Source: Candidatus Pacearchaeota archaeon (lineage in GTDB: Archaea; Nanobdellota; Nanobdellia; Pacearchaeales; GW2011-AR1). Taken from it: a stretch of 63,833 nucleotides of DNA. The notes beneath the pieces are model-generated. The model was not told the DNA's origin, searched no databases, and saw nothing but the letters and a program-made list of their open reading frames with translations. This document shows positions 16,986 to 27,215 of this stretch, one piece after another. Numbering within the stretch: the stretch's first letter is position 1; the number at the start of each line of letters is the position of its first letter. Both the position numbers and the translations under genes were made by a program. The stretch covers positions 1-63,833 of the forward strand of contig JAGVXB010000012.1 of NCBI GenBank assembly GCA_018303995.1. Reading direction: 5' to 3'.

Positions 16986-18302
16986 ATGGCTGAATTTATT
17001 ATGTTATATAAAAACTTACAAAATACAAAAATAGTTGCTTTAATTTTAATTATTATAGCTTTTATTCTAAACCCCCTTGTGTTAAAACCCCTTGTTGCTC
17101 CTAATGAAACTTTAGAACCATATATCACAAATTTTCAGATATGTTTTTTAGAAGCAACAATACTTTTTTTGGCAGTAAATATATATTTTAATTTAAGACT
17201 TTTAAACAAAAAATCCAGAGCGATTATTTTTTTAATTACTTTTATAATTATATTCTTAGCATTGGAAGGACCATTGCAAGCTACACTAATAGCCGTATTT
17301 TTTACAATTCTCTCATTTTTATTTATTCTTAAAATAGACTTTATACGACGTTATAAAAAGGAAATTTACTTATTATGGACTACTATTCTATTTTTAATAA
17401 TAATCTTAGAGATTTTTTCAAGAATCTATTTAGTCGGGCCATTAACTTTTCTACCCTCTTACGGTTCAAGTATAGTCGAGTTTTCAAAAGCCGGTTTAAT
17501 TAAGGAGTCAAGTTATCCAGGAATAATATACGAATTAAAACCCAATCTCAGAAAGAAATTTTTATTAGTAGATATAGAAACAAATTCTCAAGGTCTTAGA
17601 GATAGAGAATACGAGATTATCAAGCCAAACAACACTTACAGAGTAGCAGTAATCGGCGATTCTGCTACGTTTCCGTTTGGAGTAGACATAGATAAAGCAT
17701 ATCATTCAGTTCTAGAAGAAAGATTAAGCAACAATTCAAGAGTTAATTATGAGTTCATAAATTTTGGCCTTGGAGGGTATTCTATTTCTAATTATTTAGG
17801 TGTAATTAAATACAAAGCCCTGAATTATAGTCCCGACGAACTATTAATTGGCCTTCTCCCAACCAATGACTTTAATGTTGATGAACTATCAAACTTTACC
17901 GAGAAAAAAGAAAGAATAAACGGTTACTTCAGATTGTATTCTCCAAGACTATTAACTTTTACGATAAATAATTTAAAAGGTAACTTTTACGGAAGGCTTA
18001 GTGGTGAATATAATTTAACTAGAATAAATCAATTGTTTCAAGAGCTTAAAGATATAAGTACAGAAAATAATATCAATGTAGTATTTGTTGGTTTAATCAC
18101 TCCTGAACAGGTAGAGAGATTTTCAAGAGAGTATCAACTACTCAAACAATTAACTACAGAGTATAATTTTACTTTAATAGAACCTTACAAAAAATTTAGT
18201 GGAATCCCTTTTTCACAAACAAAGATATTCCGAGCAGATAATCATGGAAATGAATTATTCAATAAATTGGTTGCAGATGCCATAGAAGAAACAAGGTTAT
18301 AA
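16986..18302 (+). CDS. membrane-anchored SGNH/GDSL-like hydrolase
   Basis: About 5 N-terminal TM helices, then VAVIGDSATFPFG (GDS block) and a C-terminal ADNHGN (DxxH block). Confidence 0.5.
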   Translation: MAEFIMLYKNLQNTKIVALILIIIAFILNPLVLKPLVAPNETLEPYITNFQICFLEATILFLAVNIYFNLRLLNKKSRAIIFLITFIIIFLALEGPLQATLIAVFFTILSFLFILKIDFIRRYKKEIYLLWTTILFLIIILEIFSRIYLVGPLTFLPSYGSSIVEFSKAGLIKESSYPGIIYELKPNLRKKFLLVDIETNSQGLRDREYEIIKPNNTYRVAVIGDSATFPFGVDIDKAYHSVLEERLSNNSRVNYEFINFGLGGYSISNYLGVIKYKALNYSPDELLIGLLPTNDFNVDELSNFTEKKERINGYFRLYSPRLLTFTINNLKGNFYGRLSGEYNLTRINQLFQELKDISTENNINVVFVGLITPEQVERFSREYQLLKQLTTEYNFTLIEPYKKFSGIPFSQTKIFRADNHGNELFNKLVADAIEETRL

Positions 18303-18363
18303 AGACAAGAATCCAATTTATCCCGTTGACAAAGTATTTAAATCAATTTTGAGACTGGTATTT

Positions 18364-19545
18364 ATGAAGGTTCTTTTTATTACTCCAGCATATTTTCCAA
18401 ACCTCAGGGGAGGAAATGAGCGCAGTATAAAAATTATTGCAGAGGGTTTAGCTAACAAAGACATTTCTGTTGCTGTGCTAAGCTTCGATGCAAAGAATAA
18501 TACTCAAGAAGAGCATTACAAAGGTGTTAAAGTTATAAGGGTCAAAAAGTTAAAAATTTCACCAAATACTCTTGCCCATAATCTAAGTCTTCTTAAATGT
18601 AGAAATCTAATTGAAAAAGAGCATCCAGATATTATTCATGTTTTCAATACGTGGCATATCCCTGCAGCAACTTTCTTTAAAGATATTGCTCCTCTTGTAG
18701 TTACTTTGAACAATTATTTTCCAATCATAGCTACTGCTTACACAAAAGATAATATAATTGAAAGTAAAAAGAGCAATCTTTTCAAAGTCGTTCATTCAAT
18801 AAAAGGAACCATTAAAGGAGACATTGTTAAGAGATATTTATTAGGATTATTTTATGGAATTTATAGTATTTTTGTAAGATTTTATTCTAAACGAGCCGAT
18901 AAATATATAGTTTATGCAAGCCCCATTGGAAAGATATACTATAAATGGGGTTTTGATAAGAGAAAGTTTGTTACTATTTCCAGCCCTGTTGAAAAAAACA
19001 AAATTCAAAAAACAATTAAGCGAGATAAAAAATCTGTGTTATATGTTGGAGGAGCTTACGAAGCCAAAGGGTTTTATGAACTTCTTGAAGCTACTAAATA
19101 TGTTAAGACAAAAGATGTTCAATTCTATTTTGTTGGGATTAACACCGTACCTGAAAAGGTAAAAGAGTTTGTCAAGAACAATAATATCAATGCATATTTC
19201 ATAAGGAAATTAGATGCTCTTAAACTAGTCGAATATTACAAAAAATCCAGTGTTTTAATACATCCTTCTATTTGGCCAGAACCATTTTCGCGCGTATGGA
19301 TAGAGGCTCTTCAATACAATATCCCTATTATTTCTGCAGATAATCCAGTAGCCCTTGAAATATTAAAAGGGGCAGCCATATTTTATCATAGAGGGGAGCC
19401 AAAAGAATTGGCTACAAGAATAGATTCATTTTTTAAATCAAAAATCAAACTCGACCAGACAAAAGCAAAAAGAAAGATATTTGAAAGTAATCCAGTAAAA
19501 AGACTTATTGAAGTTTATAATAATTTATTGAAAAATAACTCCTAA
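18364..19545 (+). CDS. GT4-family (GT-B) glycosyltransferase
   Basis: MKVLFITPAYFPNLRGG and EPFSRVWIEALQYNIPIISAD. The track start at 18349 is TTG; the ATG at 18364 sits about 26 nt downstream of a TATTTAAAT box. Confidence 0.7.
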   Translation: MKVLFITPAYFPNLRGGNERSIKIIAEGLANKDISVAVLSFDAKNNTQEEHYKGVKVIRVKKLKISPNTLAHNLSLLKCRNLIEKEHPDIIHVFNTWHIPAATFFKDIAPLVVTLNNYFPIIATAYTKDNIIESKKSNLFKVVHSIKGTIKGDIVKRYLLGLFYGIYSIFVRFYSKRADKYIVYASPIGKIYYKWGFDKRKFVTISSPVEKNKIQKTIKRDKKSVLYVGGAYEAKGFYELLEATKYVKTKDVQFYFVGINTVPEKVKEFVKNNNINAYFIRKLDALKLVEYYKKSSVLIHPSIWPEPFSRVWIEALQYNIPIISADNPVALEILKGAAIFYHRGEPKELATRIDSFFKSKIKLDQTKAKRKIFESNPVKRLIEVYNNLLKNNS

Positions 19546-19605
19546 AAAGAATAATTTAAACTTGTCTAAAAACACAAATACTTTATTTTAATTCACATAT
19601 ATATC

Positions 19606-20280
19606 TTAAGTTCTCTTTTCCAATAGAAAAAAATAATGGTACTTATGCATTGGAGGGCTGGATTCCTTTCTGATGACAAAGTATTTTCTCACTATTCTTC
19701 TAATCTTGTTTATAGGATATCCTTTTTTTCCCATCTCCCAGTAATGTTTTTTATCAAATTTATGTCTCTTCCAGAATACCGGAATACGAATATAAAATTC
19801 AAAGAACTGGCGTTTTGTGAGAGTTCTTATCAAGGGAAACTTATACATAACATCAAACACTATTGATGCATAGGGCAGGGATATCAAAACATATTTGCTT
19901 GAAACTCTATGCAGTTCTCTTAACGTTCTCTCAAAATCTTCGAAAGGCATATGTTCCAAAACTTCACAGATACTTATCATATCAAAACTCTCAGATTTAA
20001 GGGGCATCTTCCTTACGTCAGCTACTATGTCTGGCACTAAGTCTTCGTTTTTGTCCAAACCACTTGTATCGATCCCCAATTCTTTTGCATAATTAAGAAC
20101 CAATCTATTACCCACTCCAATCTCTAAAAGTTTTTTTGGTTTTATTTTTTTTATATAATTAATTTGCTCTAAGTATGAAAGAAATCTTAATGGGCTGTCA
20201 TAATCTCCAAGATATTCTTCTCGGCATACAGGTCTCTCAATTAGTTCATTTTTTTTCATAGATGTTTTACTTTCGATCAT
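19606..20280 (-). CDS. class I SAM-dependent methyltransferase
   Basis: LLEIGVGNRL (motif I), DMISICEVLEHM. Confidence 0.7.
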   Translation of the reverse strand: MIESKTSMKKNELIERPVCREEYLGDYDSPLRFLSYLEQINYIKKIKPKKLLEIGVGNRLVLNYAKELGIDTSGLDKNEDLVPDIVADVRKMPLKSESFDMISICEVLEHMPFEDFERTLRELHRVSSKYVLISLPYASIVFDVMYKFPLIRTLTKRQFFEFYIRIPVFWKRHKFDKKHYWEMGKKGYPINKIRRIVRKYFVIRKESSPPMHKYHYFFLLEKRT

Positions 20281-20424
20281 TTTACACTTAAATAATAAAC
20301 GTTTTATAAACTTATCTTACATTTTGGCTAGGATTTAAGAGCAAGAATAATTATAATCTTGCCTGAAAATATATTTATGTCATAGAATAACAATAGTTAT
20401 AAACAGATTTTTCAATTCCTAATT

Positions 20425-21618
20425 ATGAATAAACAGATTATTTTTTTCGAGCCTAAATTAGCCGGATCTACATTTAAGATGGCAAGAGCTCTTAAATTAA
20501 AGAATAACTATGAAACCATATTAATAACATTTACAAAACCAAATAAACAAGTTGCAGAGTTAGCTTTTGATAAGATATTATATCTTGACATTAAACTGAT
20601 TCCAACACCAAAAAACCTATTTAACATTTTCCGCAAATTTACAAAAAAAGATACTTATAATTTTATCAATAGCGTTAAAAAATTAAACCCTTATATTGTT
20701 CAAATAAGAGGAGGTTCACTAGAGGTGATTCTATTCTTGCTCATATTTAAACGATATCCAAGAATTTATTATTTACAAGACATATGGCAATATTATTATA
20801 AGAAAATAATATTCTCATTGCGTAAGGATACGGGCATCCTACAACCATTAAATGCACTTATTTCAAGTATTGCATGCAAAATGGTTGATGGCATCTTAAA
20901 TAGAAGCGGTGAAAACTCCCTCGACCATCTTAAAAATGAATTAAAATTAAAAACCCCTATTCTTGATTTTCTTCCTTATTGTCTAGATGAGTGGGTTTTA
21001 CCAATCAGAAAAAGAGCAATAAAAAAAAGTAAAGAAATCCACTTAGTCTACGCTGGAACTATATGGAATAAATGGAAAGGACACGCTTCTTTTCCAGATA
21101 TGATTAAGAGAATTACCAATCAAAATTTACATTTTCATCTTTATCCATCAACAAAAAACGAAAAGCTTATTGATATATTTAAAAATATTGAAAAAAAAGA
21201 CAATTTTTTTCATTTATATAATAGAGTAGATGAAGACAAGATAAATGAAATTATAAAAAATTATGACTATGCCCTTCATCTAGACTTCTATGACGGTACA
21301 ATAAATTCACTATGGTATGCTACAGGAATGTCGGCAAAGATATTTGGCTATATCGAGGCTGGACTTCCAATAATAATAAATAAACAGTTTAAAAATATGT
21401 GTAATATCATTGAAGAAAATAATATTGGCTTTGGAATAAATTACAAAGATCTTGACAATCTAAATGAAAAAATCTATTCTCACAAGCACCCATCAAAAAT
21501 GGATTTTATAAAAGTAAGAAAGAAGTACGGTATAGACAGAAATATAATTAAATTGGAGAGATTTTATGATAAAATTCACGAAGTAGGAATTAAAAGAGTT
21601 AATAAAAATAAAATTTAA
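20425..21618 (+). CDS. putative GT-B-like glycosyltransferase / hypothetical
   Basis: Two-domain size and context within the glycan locus. Motifs are weak. Confidence 0.3.
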   Translation: MNKQIIFFEPKLAGSTFKMARALKLKNNYETILITFTKPNKQVAELAFDKILYLDIKLIPTPKNLFNIFRKFTKKDTYNFINSVKKLNPYIVQIRGGSLEVILFLLIFKRYPRIYYLQDIWQYYYKKIIFSLRKDTGILQPLNALISSIACKMVDGILNRSGENSLDHLKNELKLKTPILDFLPYCLDEWVLPIRKRAIKKSKEIHLVYAGTIWNKWKGHASFPDMIKRITNQNLHFHLYPSTKNEKLIDIFKNIEKKDNFFHLYNRVDEDKINEIIKNYDYALHLDFYDGTINSLWYATGMSAKIFGYIEAGLPIIINKQFKNMCNIIEENNIGFGINYKDLDNLNEKIYSHKHPSKMDFIKVRKKYGIDRNIIKLERFYDKIHEVGIKRVNKNKI

Positions 21619-21633
21619 CTGATAAAAAAGTTA

Positions 21634-22632
21634 TTACGCCTGACCAACATTCTTTATTTCCACACTAGTATGTCCTATTTGCTGTCTGTGGTCTGTTTTT
21701 ACCTTGACATCACACGGATTACATCTACCATATATGCTACATGGTCTAAATTTATCTTCAATTTTAAAGTCTATGTCGAGAAGACTACCAACATCTCTTT
21801 TTCCATCATATAAATCCGTATGGCATCTGTAAACTTTTCCACTCGGACCAACAAGAAGCTCAGTAGTTTTACAATCAGCATATTTGAATCCGCTTCTTGA
21901 GAATGCAGCGCCAGGGTATTTGCTGTAGTCTCCATAGGTAATGGCGAAAGGTTTATTCAAGTCATCTTTACCTTCATAAATGCCGACAAATTCTTTAAGT
22001 CTAAAATCTATCCCTTGCTCCTTAGCTATAAACTGAAATTGGTTTATTGCTGTAAGTTGTGCAGGACTTGGAAATAAAACAGACCAAACTCCTATACTAA
22101 ACCCTCTTTCTTGCAAATATTTTACATCTTTAGCAATACTCAACGGTTCCATTCCAGGTTCATTTGGATGATAAGAAACTCTTATTGACGCATAAGGTGC
22201 ATCCCTTCTTAATCTTGCAGGGTCCACTTCATTAGCAAATCTTTCAAGTCCTCTTTGCCCCCATCTTAAATTTGTGAGTATGTCTATTTCTTTGTCTCTA
22301 TTAATACCATTTACTATTTCTATAAATCCGGGATGTACGAATGGTTCTCCTCCCCCAAGTGTTACAGGAACCCCAGGTCTTGTTTTTATCCTATTTATTG
22401 CAGCAATCCACTCCTCTGCACTCAGTTCTCCAAATCTTTTATCCTTAAATACATCATTATTTCTTATTCCTTCAGAATTTCTTCTTTTATGGTCATCATC
22501 TTCATTTATTACATTAATACAAAAGCCACACGCAAGCTGACATCTAAGAGTTAGATAACACTCAATGTATTTGTAATTGTCCGGAACTACCAAATCTCCA
22601 TTTGGAAGAGTCTGATTTGTCTGCATATCCAT
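21634..22632 (-). CDS. radical SAM enzyme (332 aa)
   Basis: CQLACGFC (Cx3Cx2C at residues 31-38), GGEP glycine-rich SAM block, and a C-terminal Cys cluster (RCHTD..RPCSIYGRCNPC). Amino-acid composition reflects higher GC than the neighbours. Confidence 0.8.
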   Translation of the reverse strand: MDMQTNQTLPNGDLVVPDNYKYIECYLTLRCQLACGFCINVINEDDDHKRRNSEGIRNNDVFKDKRFGELSAEEWIAAINRIKTRPGVPVTLGGGEPFVHPGFIEIVNGINRDKEIDILTNLRWGQRGLERFANEVDPARLRRDAPYASIRVSYHPNEPGMEPLSIAKDVKYLQERGFSIGVWSVLFPSPAQLTAINQFQFIAKEQGIDFRLKEFVGIYEGKDDLNKPFAITYGDYSKYPGAAFSRSGFKYADCKTTELLVGPSGKVYRCHTDLYDGKRDVGSLLDIDFKIEDKFRPCSIYGRCNPCDVKVKTDHRQQIGHTSVEIKNVGQA

Positions 22633-22633
22633 C

Positions 22634-23758
22634 TTATATAAAGTTCACGTGTGAAGGCACGTCTCCTTTAGGCATTTCAGCAGATTTTCCAGACCTTCTT
22701 ATTTCTTCGAGCGTATTATTTACAGCATTCATCCTACAGTTTACCCTGCATTCAGTTATATCAAGATGCTGTGCAACATAATCGATGCTTTTCTGCCTTT
22801 TTTCTCCTTCCCAGATTGCTTTAAATGAATGGTCTCTTATATTTCCATAGTTAAATCTATCATCGGTAAGATATGCACTACAACCATAAACTTGCCCATT
22901 AGCCATAATATATGCCCAAAAGTGAGGGGTTGAAGGACATCTTGAATAATCTTGTTTTTCTTTGTCAAGCTCAGCCATTGTTTTTTCTCTGAAAACAACC
23001 TCAAAACTATCAGAGCTGAATCCCTTTAGTCTTTCAAAAAGTTCTGTAAACTGCCCATATCTCAATCCTTCATGTTTATGAGTAAGACTTTTTTTATGTT
23101 GCGAATAAGGTTTTATTACTGCATAATCTAGTCCTGTGTCTCGTGCTCTTTTTACAAAATCTTCTGCTCCAGGTGCATTTTCAGGTAAGAGAACCATTTG
23201 CGCTCCAAGAGAGTGATCTTTACGTTCCAATCCTAATCTTTCTCTTCCTTGGGCAAGCGTTGTCATATTTGCCCACACTCTCTCAAAGTCTTGAGGATTC
23301 TTTGATCTATGTATTGCTGCATAAGATTCAGGAGTGCCTGCATTAATGCTCGCCTTCAACCAAGTTATATATGGCAAAGCCTCTTCTACGAATCTATCGG
23401 TTATAGGAGTGGCGTTCGTTGTTATTGCAACATCAATTCCTGCATTTTCTCTTGTATGTCTTATAATTTTTGCAATATCTTTATGAAGCAAAGGCTCTCC
23501 CTCGCCAGCATACATTACACTTCTCACACCAAGACTTCCCATTTCAGAAAGTCTAGTCATAAGATTTTCAGTTTCAAGACGGACATTTTGGTATCCGATA
23601 TAATCAACAGCACAAAAAGTACATCTATGATTACAACTTCCAACAGGAGAAATTTCAACATATATTGGGTAAACTTTACCGTCCCCAGAAAGCCACTGAT
23701 TGACTCTGTCAGGATGCCATGAGACTTTTTGTCCATCAATCAGATTTTTATCAGCCAT
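22634..23758 (-). CDS. radical SAM enzyme with SPASM/twitch-like C-terminal Cys region (374 aa)
   Basis: SCNHRCTFC (Cx3Cx2C), AGEGEP, and C-terminal ..YGCSAY..GNI..ECRVNC. Paralogous to 25280..26458, sharing an N-terminal H-x-DRVN-x-W motif and a C-terminal HVNFI tail. Confidence 0.8.
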   Translation of the reverse strand: MADKNLIDGQKVSWHPDRVNQWLSGDGKVYPIYVEISPVGSCNHRCTFCAVDYIGYQNVRLETENLMTRLSEMGSLGVRSVMYAGEGEPLLHKDIAKIIRHTRENAGIDVAITTNATPITDRFVEEALPYITWLKASINAGTPESYAAIHRSKNPQDFERVWANMTTLAQGRERLGLERKDHSLGAQMVLLPENAPGAEDFVKRARDTGLDYAVIKPYSQHKKSLTHKHEGLRYGQFTELFERLKGFSSDSFEVVFREKTMAELDKEKQDYSRCPSTPHFWAYIMANGQVYGCSAYLTDDRFNYGNIRDHSFKAIWEGEKRQKSIDYVAQHLDITECRVNCRMNAVNNTLEEIRRSGKSAEMPKGDVPSHVNFI

Positions 23759-23817
23759 TTTTATAAGGTAATTTAAGATAATATGTGCATATAACTTTGT
23801 TTTAAAGCTTTTCTATA

Positions 23818-24780
23818 CTAACGTGAAGTTTTAAAATAATCAATTATCTCTTTGTAAACATGATCGACTTCAATTTTATCAATACAATTACCCTCTCTGC
23901 TTTCACATTTATCTCCAAGACAAGGAACACAATCAAGCTTAGGATAAGGCAGTATTGCATTTCCTCGCCCATAGAAATCAACTTCTTCACTAGGTGTAGG
24001 AGCAAATAAACCATAAACTTGTTTTCCTAATGCTATTGCTAAGTGCATTCCAAGCGAGTCAGAGCTTACCATTGCTCTTGAAGAATTTACCCAATCAATA
24101 TACTTATGCAAATCTGTAAGCACTAGAGGGTCTTGTCTGTCTTGCCTTGTGACTCTAAATCCTTCAGATTTAAGTCTTTGCTCTAAAGTGTCCCATCTTG
24201 TCGGAGACCAAGATTTATTAGGCCATTTCTTTCCAACCAAAGTGTTTAGAGCCACATCATATTGCTCTTGAGAAATTGGCCTATATCCTAAAGAATATTC
24301 TTCCCCTTTCCACTCCTCACCTATTAACCTAAACAAAAGATCCTGAAACCTCAATTTATTTGTTTTTTTTAAAGCAGTATCGTGACTGACCGCTAATACT
24401 TCAGCGGCACGGTCATAAGCTTTAACCTGTCCTGTTTGAGCATCTATTCTAAATCCTTGTTTTTTCCAAGCATCTATTTCTCTTGCAAAAAGGCATATTC
24501 CTCTATTTTTTTCAAGATTAACTACAGTGTCAAATGTTTCTCCAAGAAGTTCCAAGGCACGAAGAGAGTTAAGTTTTACAATCTCTGCAATATGAGGATT
24601 ACCTTCAAGCAAAGGCATGGCATGCGAATCTGTGAGCCATGTAACTTGGTCTCCTCTTGCAGCATATCTCGGAAGCAATACAGTTGTTCTAAATACATCT
24701 CCAAGACTAACATTTTCAGTCTGAGCATCTCCATACAAAAATTCAGAATAGCCGGTTTTTATTATAAGTACTTTTTCCAT
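23818..24780 (-). CDS. glycosyltransferase family 9-like (heptosyltransferase-like)
   Basis: MVSSDSLGMHLAIALGKQVYGLFAPT matches the GT9 DSGxMHLAAAxG block. N-terminal VLIIKTGYSE..GD. Confidence 0.6.
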   Translation of the reverse strand: MEKVLIIKTGYSEFLYGDAQTENVSLGDVFRTTVLLPRYAARGDQVTWLTDSHAMPLLEGNPHIAEIVKLNSLRALELLGETFDTVVNLEKNRGICLFAREIDAWKKQGFRIDAQTGQVKAYDRAAEVLAVSHDTALKKTNKLRFQDLLFRLIGEEWKGEEYSLGYRPISQEQYDVALNTLVGKKWPNKSWSPTRWDTLEQRLKSEGFRVTRQDRQDPLVLTDLHKYIDWVNSSRAMVSSDSLGMHLAIALGKQVYGLFAPTPSEEVDFYGRGNAILPYPKLDCVPCLGDKCESREGNCIDKIEVDHVYKEIIDYFKTSR

Positions 24781-24832
24781 TTTAATCAGGTTTTGTAAAG
24801 GTATTTATTTCTTGTCGTGTTGTAAAACATGC

Positions 24833-25273
24833 TTACCAAAAATACCTATTTATCTCAGATTCTCCTTTTTGACATATCGCTCTATAATCAAAATCTTTAC
24901 TTCCCAATATAATTCGCATTGCCTCATTAAAAAGAGGGAGTGCTCTTCCGTTTTCACTAGTATCTAATATCTGCCCCTCTGTTACAAGCCCATTTAATCC
25001 GTCAACAATTTCATCAAGTCTTCTTACATGCAGTCTGTTTTGGTCAGTTACAACTCCTTCAAATTCATTTTCTGGAAACCATTCTTCATATTTTCTAAAT
25101 TTATGTTTGAACCTTGCTAAATTGTCTCCTGCAAATTTTCTTATTCTGGTGGTTGTTGATGTACCGAAAACAGACCTGAGGTAGAGGTTAAGTGGACCAA
25201 AAGTTTTCAAGTAGTCTTTTCCAATACCTGTTTTAGGGTTTACATCTTTGATAGGTTCTAAGGTTGGAGTCAT
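24833..25273 (-). CDS. hypothetical protein (146 aa) inside the radical-SAM islet
   Basis: Intact ORF tightly spaced between the GT9-like and radical SAM genes. No motif recognised. Confidence 0.4.
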   Translation of the reverse strand: MTPTLEPIKDVNPKTGIGKDYLKTFGPLNLYLRSVFGTSTTTRIRKFAGDNLARFKHKFRKYEEWFPENEFEGVVTDQNRLHVRRLDEIVDGLNGLVTEGQILDTSENGRALPLFNEAMRIILGSKDFDYRAICQKGESEINRYFW

Positions 25274-25279
25274 TTTAAA

Positions 25280-26458
25280 TTAAATAAAGTTTACATGTAA
25301 CGGCTTTTGTTTTTCATCACTGAGAGAAGGTATAGGAACTCCATGCTCCACAAGATGGTAAAGTCTTTCATTTACTTTATGCTGCAAACATAAAGCACCG
25401 CACATTCTTTGAGCATCAAATTCCTCTGAACGGAGTCTCTTCATAACTTCCCAATATCTATCGCCTCTCACAATGTCTTTAAATGGTGTTTCTGCAATAC
25501 TCCCTATATGAAAATCCTGTTTGTATCTGTCATGAAAAAGCATTCCACAAGGTGCAACAAGACTTGAGCCCGACATTTGAAGTATGAATGGAGCTCCGTA
25601 ACATCTTTGGTAAACTCTCTTTCCTTCGCTAGTCAGTTTTGACCATTTAGGAACAATAGCAGTTTCTTTTGTCGATTCTGTTTCAGCAGCCTTTAGTTCC
25701 GGAACACAATCCCTATAATCTCTATAATTTATCCCAAGACTTCCAAGTTCATCATCACTACAATGTTTTATTACAAGATAATCCACTCCAAGCGATTTAC
25801 TCAGACGGGCAAGAGGCATAAGTTGATCTTTATGTTGAGGCATAAAAACCATTTGCATTCCAATAGTTACATCAAGTTTTCTTTCCCTCTTTATTTCCAC
25901 ACTCTTTTTTATTTTATCAACAACTTTATAGAAATCTTCTTCTCTACATCCCATTATCTCAGCATATCTAGCAGGTTCTCCTCCTGAAAAATTAAATCTT
26001 ATATATGTCAATGCAGATAGCATCTCTTCAAGCCTTTCTTCTCTTAATAACATTCCATTTGTACCTATTGCCATATCTATTCCATTTCTCTTACCTCTTT
26101 GTATAGCATCATAAACATAAGGATGAGCAGTGCTCTCACCATCACTCACGAAGCTTATTCCCCTCACTCCAACTTCTGCGGCATCATCAAGGAATCTATC
26201 TATAACTTTTGGGCTCATTTTATTTTTGTCATCATTAAGAGCCAATGCTTCATTTTCTTGCAACATAGCGTAACAAAAAGTACATCTCATATTACAAGCT
26301 CTTGTAAGGGCCATATCGATGGTTATAGGGGCAATTCTTTCCCCCCTCATCCAAGCATTAACTCTATCTTGATGATGACTAAGCTTATCGCCATCTAGAA
26401 TCATTCCATTTATCATTGCTTGACTTAAAGGCACAGTTATATTTTTTTTTGGTTCCAT
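25280..26458 (-). CDS. radical SAM enzyme with SPASM/twitch-like C-terminal Cys region (392 aa)
   Basis: ACNMRCTFC (Cx3Cx2C), SDGEST, and C-terminal ..VAPCG..MCGALC. Ends in HVNFI. Confidence 0.8.
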   Translation of the reverse strand: MEPKKNITVPLSQAMINGMILDGDKLSHHQDRVNAWMRGERIAPITIDMALTRACNMRCTFCYAMLQENEALALNDDKNKMSPKVIDRFLDDAAEVGVRGISFVSDGESTAHPYVYDAIQRGKRNGIDMAIGTNGMLLREERLEEMLSALTYIRFNFSGGEPARYAEIMGCREEDFYKVVDKIKKSVEIKRERKLDVTIGMQMVFMPQHKDQLMPLARLSKSLGVDYLVIKHCSDDELGSLGINYRDYRDCVPELKAAETESTKETAIVPKWSKLTSEGKRVYQRCYGAPFILQMSGSSLVAPCGMLFHDRYKQDFHIGSIAETPFKDIVRGDRYWEVMKRLRSEEFDAQRMCGALCLQHKVNERLYHLVEHGVPIPSLSDEKQKPLHVNFI

Positions 26459-26552
26459 TATGAATAAGGTTGTTCTTTTTCGTTACCTATAAGGGTTTAA
26501 AAAGTTTGCTTCAATACACAAATAGTTTAAAACATAGAGTATTTCAATACAA

Positions 26553-26566
26553 GAAAGCTTATAAAC
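26553..26566 (+). promoter_or_regulatory. BRE/TATA-like motif GAAAGCTTATAAAC upstream of the E1 alpha-like gene
   Basis: Shares the AAGCTT-TATA-type motif seen upstream of host genes at 55830, 57136 and 45389 (minus strand). Confidence 0.35.
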
Positions 26567-26600
26567 CGTTCATTTCTATGAAATTCAGTACTAAATTTTT

Positions 26601-27215
26601 ATGGAAAAACAAGAATTAATTAATTTTGAAAGAGCGATTGCCGACTCATTTAATAAAAAGGAGATTTCTTCTCCAATACATTTTTCAGGAGGCAACGAGG
26701 ACCAGCTAATAGGGATCTTTCAAGAAATAAGACCACAAGATTGGATTTTTACAACTTATAGAAATCATTATCATGCTCTTCTTAAAGGAGTTCCGAAAGA
26801 TTGGCTCGTTGAATGGATAAAAAATAATAGAAGCATACATCTCATGAATAGTGATTATAGGATCGTTAGTTCTGCAATTGTTGCAGGGCATTTACCTCAG
26901 GCAGTAGGAATGGCTCTAGCAATACAACGCAAAGGACTTGATGAAAAAGTATGGGCTTTTTGTGGAGATATGGCTGCTGAAACTGGCACGTTTCACGAAT
27001 GTTATAAATATGCCACAAGACAAGGCCTTCCAATTACATTTGTTGTTGAAGACAACGGAGTAAGCACAAATACCCCAACTCAAGAAACTTGGGGTAAAAG
27101 ATGTTCTGGTAGCAGTAATTTAATAAGATTCAATTACAGTCGAACTTTTCCCCACTATGGAACTGTGGAAAATCCTTGGAACAGGGGAGAAGAGAAAAAG
27201 GCGGGTGCTTTCTAA
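26601..27215 (+). CDS. miniature ThDP-dependent dehydrogenase E1 alpha-like subunit (204 aa)
   Basis: FE.AIA..F......SPIHFSGGNE, TTYRNHYHALLKG, CGDMAAETGTFHECYKYA....LPITFVVEDNG correspond to the E1-alpha ThDP-binding GDG-x-N(N) blocks. Confidence 0.65.
   Translation: MEKQELINFERAIADSFNKKEISSPIHFSGGNEDQLIGIFQEIRPQDWIFTTYRNHYHALLKGVPKDWLVEWIKNNRSIHLMNSDYRIVSSAIVAGHLPQAVGMALAIQRKGLDEKVWAFCGDMAAETGTFHECYKYATRQGLPITFVVEDNGVSTNTPTQETWGKRCSGSSNLIRFNYSRTFPHYGTVENPWNRGEEKKAGAF

Noticed and set aside
23309-23722. 137-aa plus-strand ORF, and similar ORFs at 22274-22554, 23143-23346, 24436-24798, 25763-25987 and 26099-26398.
   Set aside because: All lie antisense to well-supported radical-SAM or GT9-like genes. 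Their translations are Cys/Ser/Phe-rich with no motifs, so they are shadow ORFs.
21634-26458. Considered that the radical-SAM genes are antiviral (viperin-like) or RiPP-maturation enzymes.
   Set aside because: No small precursor-peptide ORF, protease, or transporter is present, and no nucleotide-kinase partner. The genes are embedded among glycosyltransferases with a GT9-like gene and a ThDP enzyme, which favours sugar chemistry. HMM and phylogeny could still overturn this.
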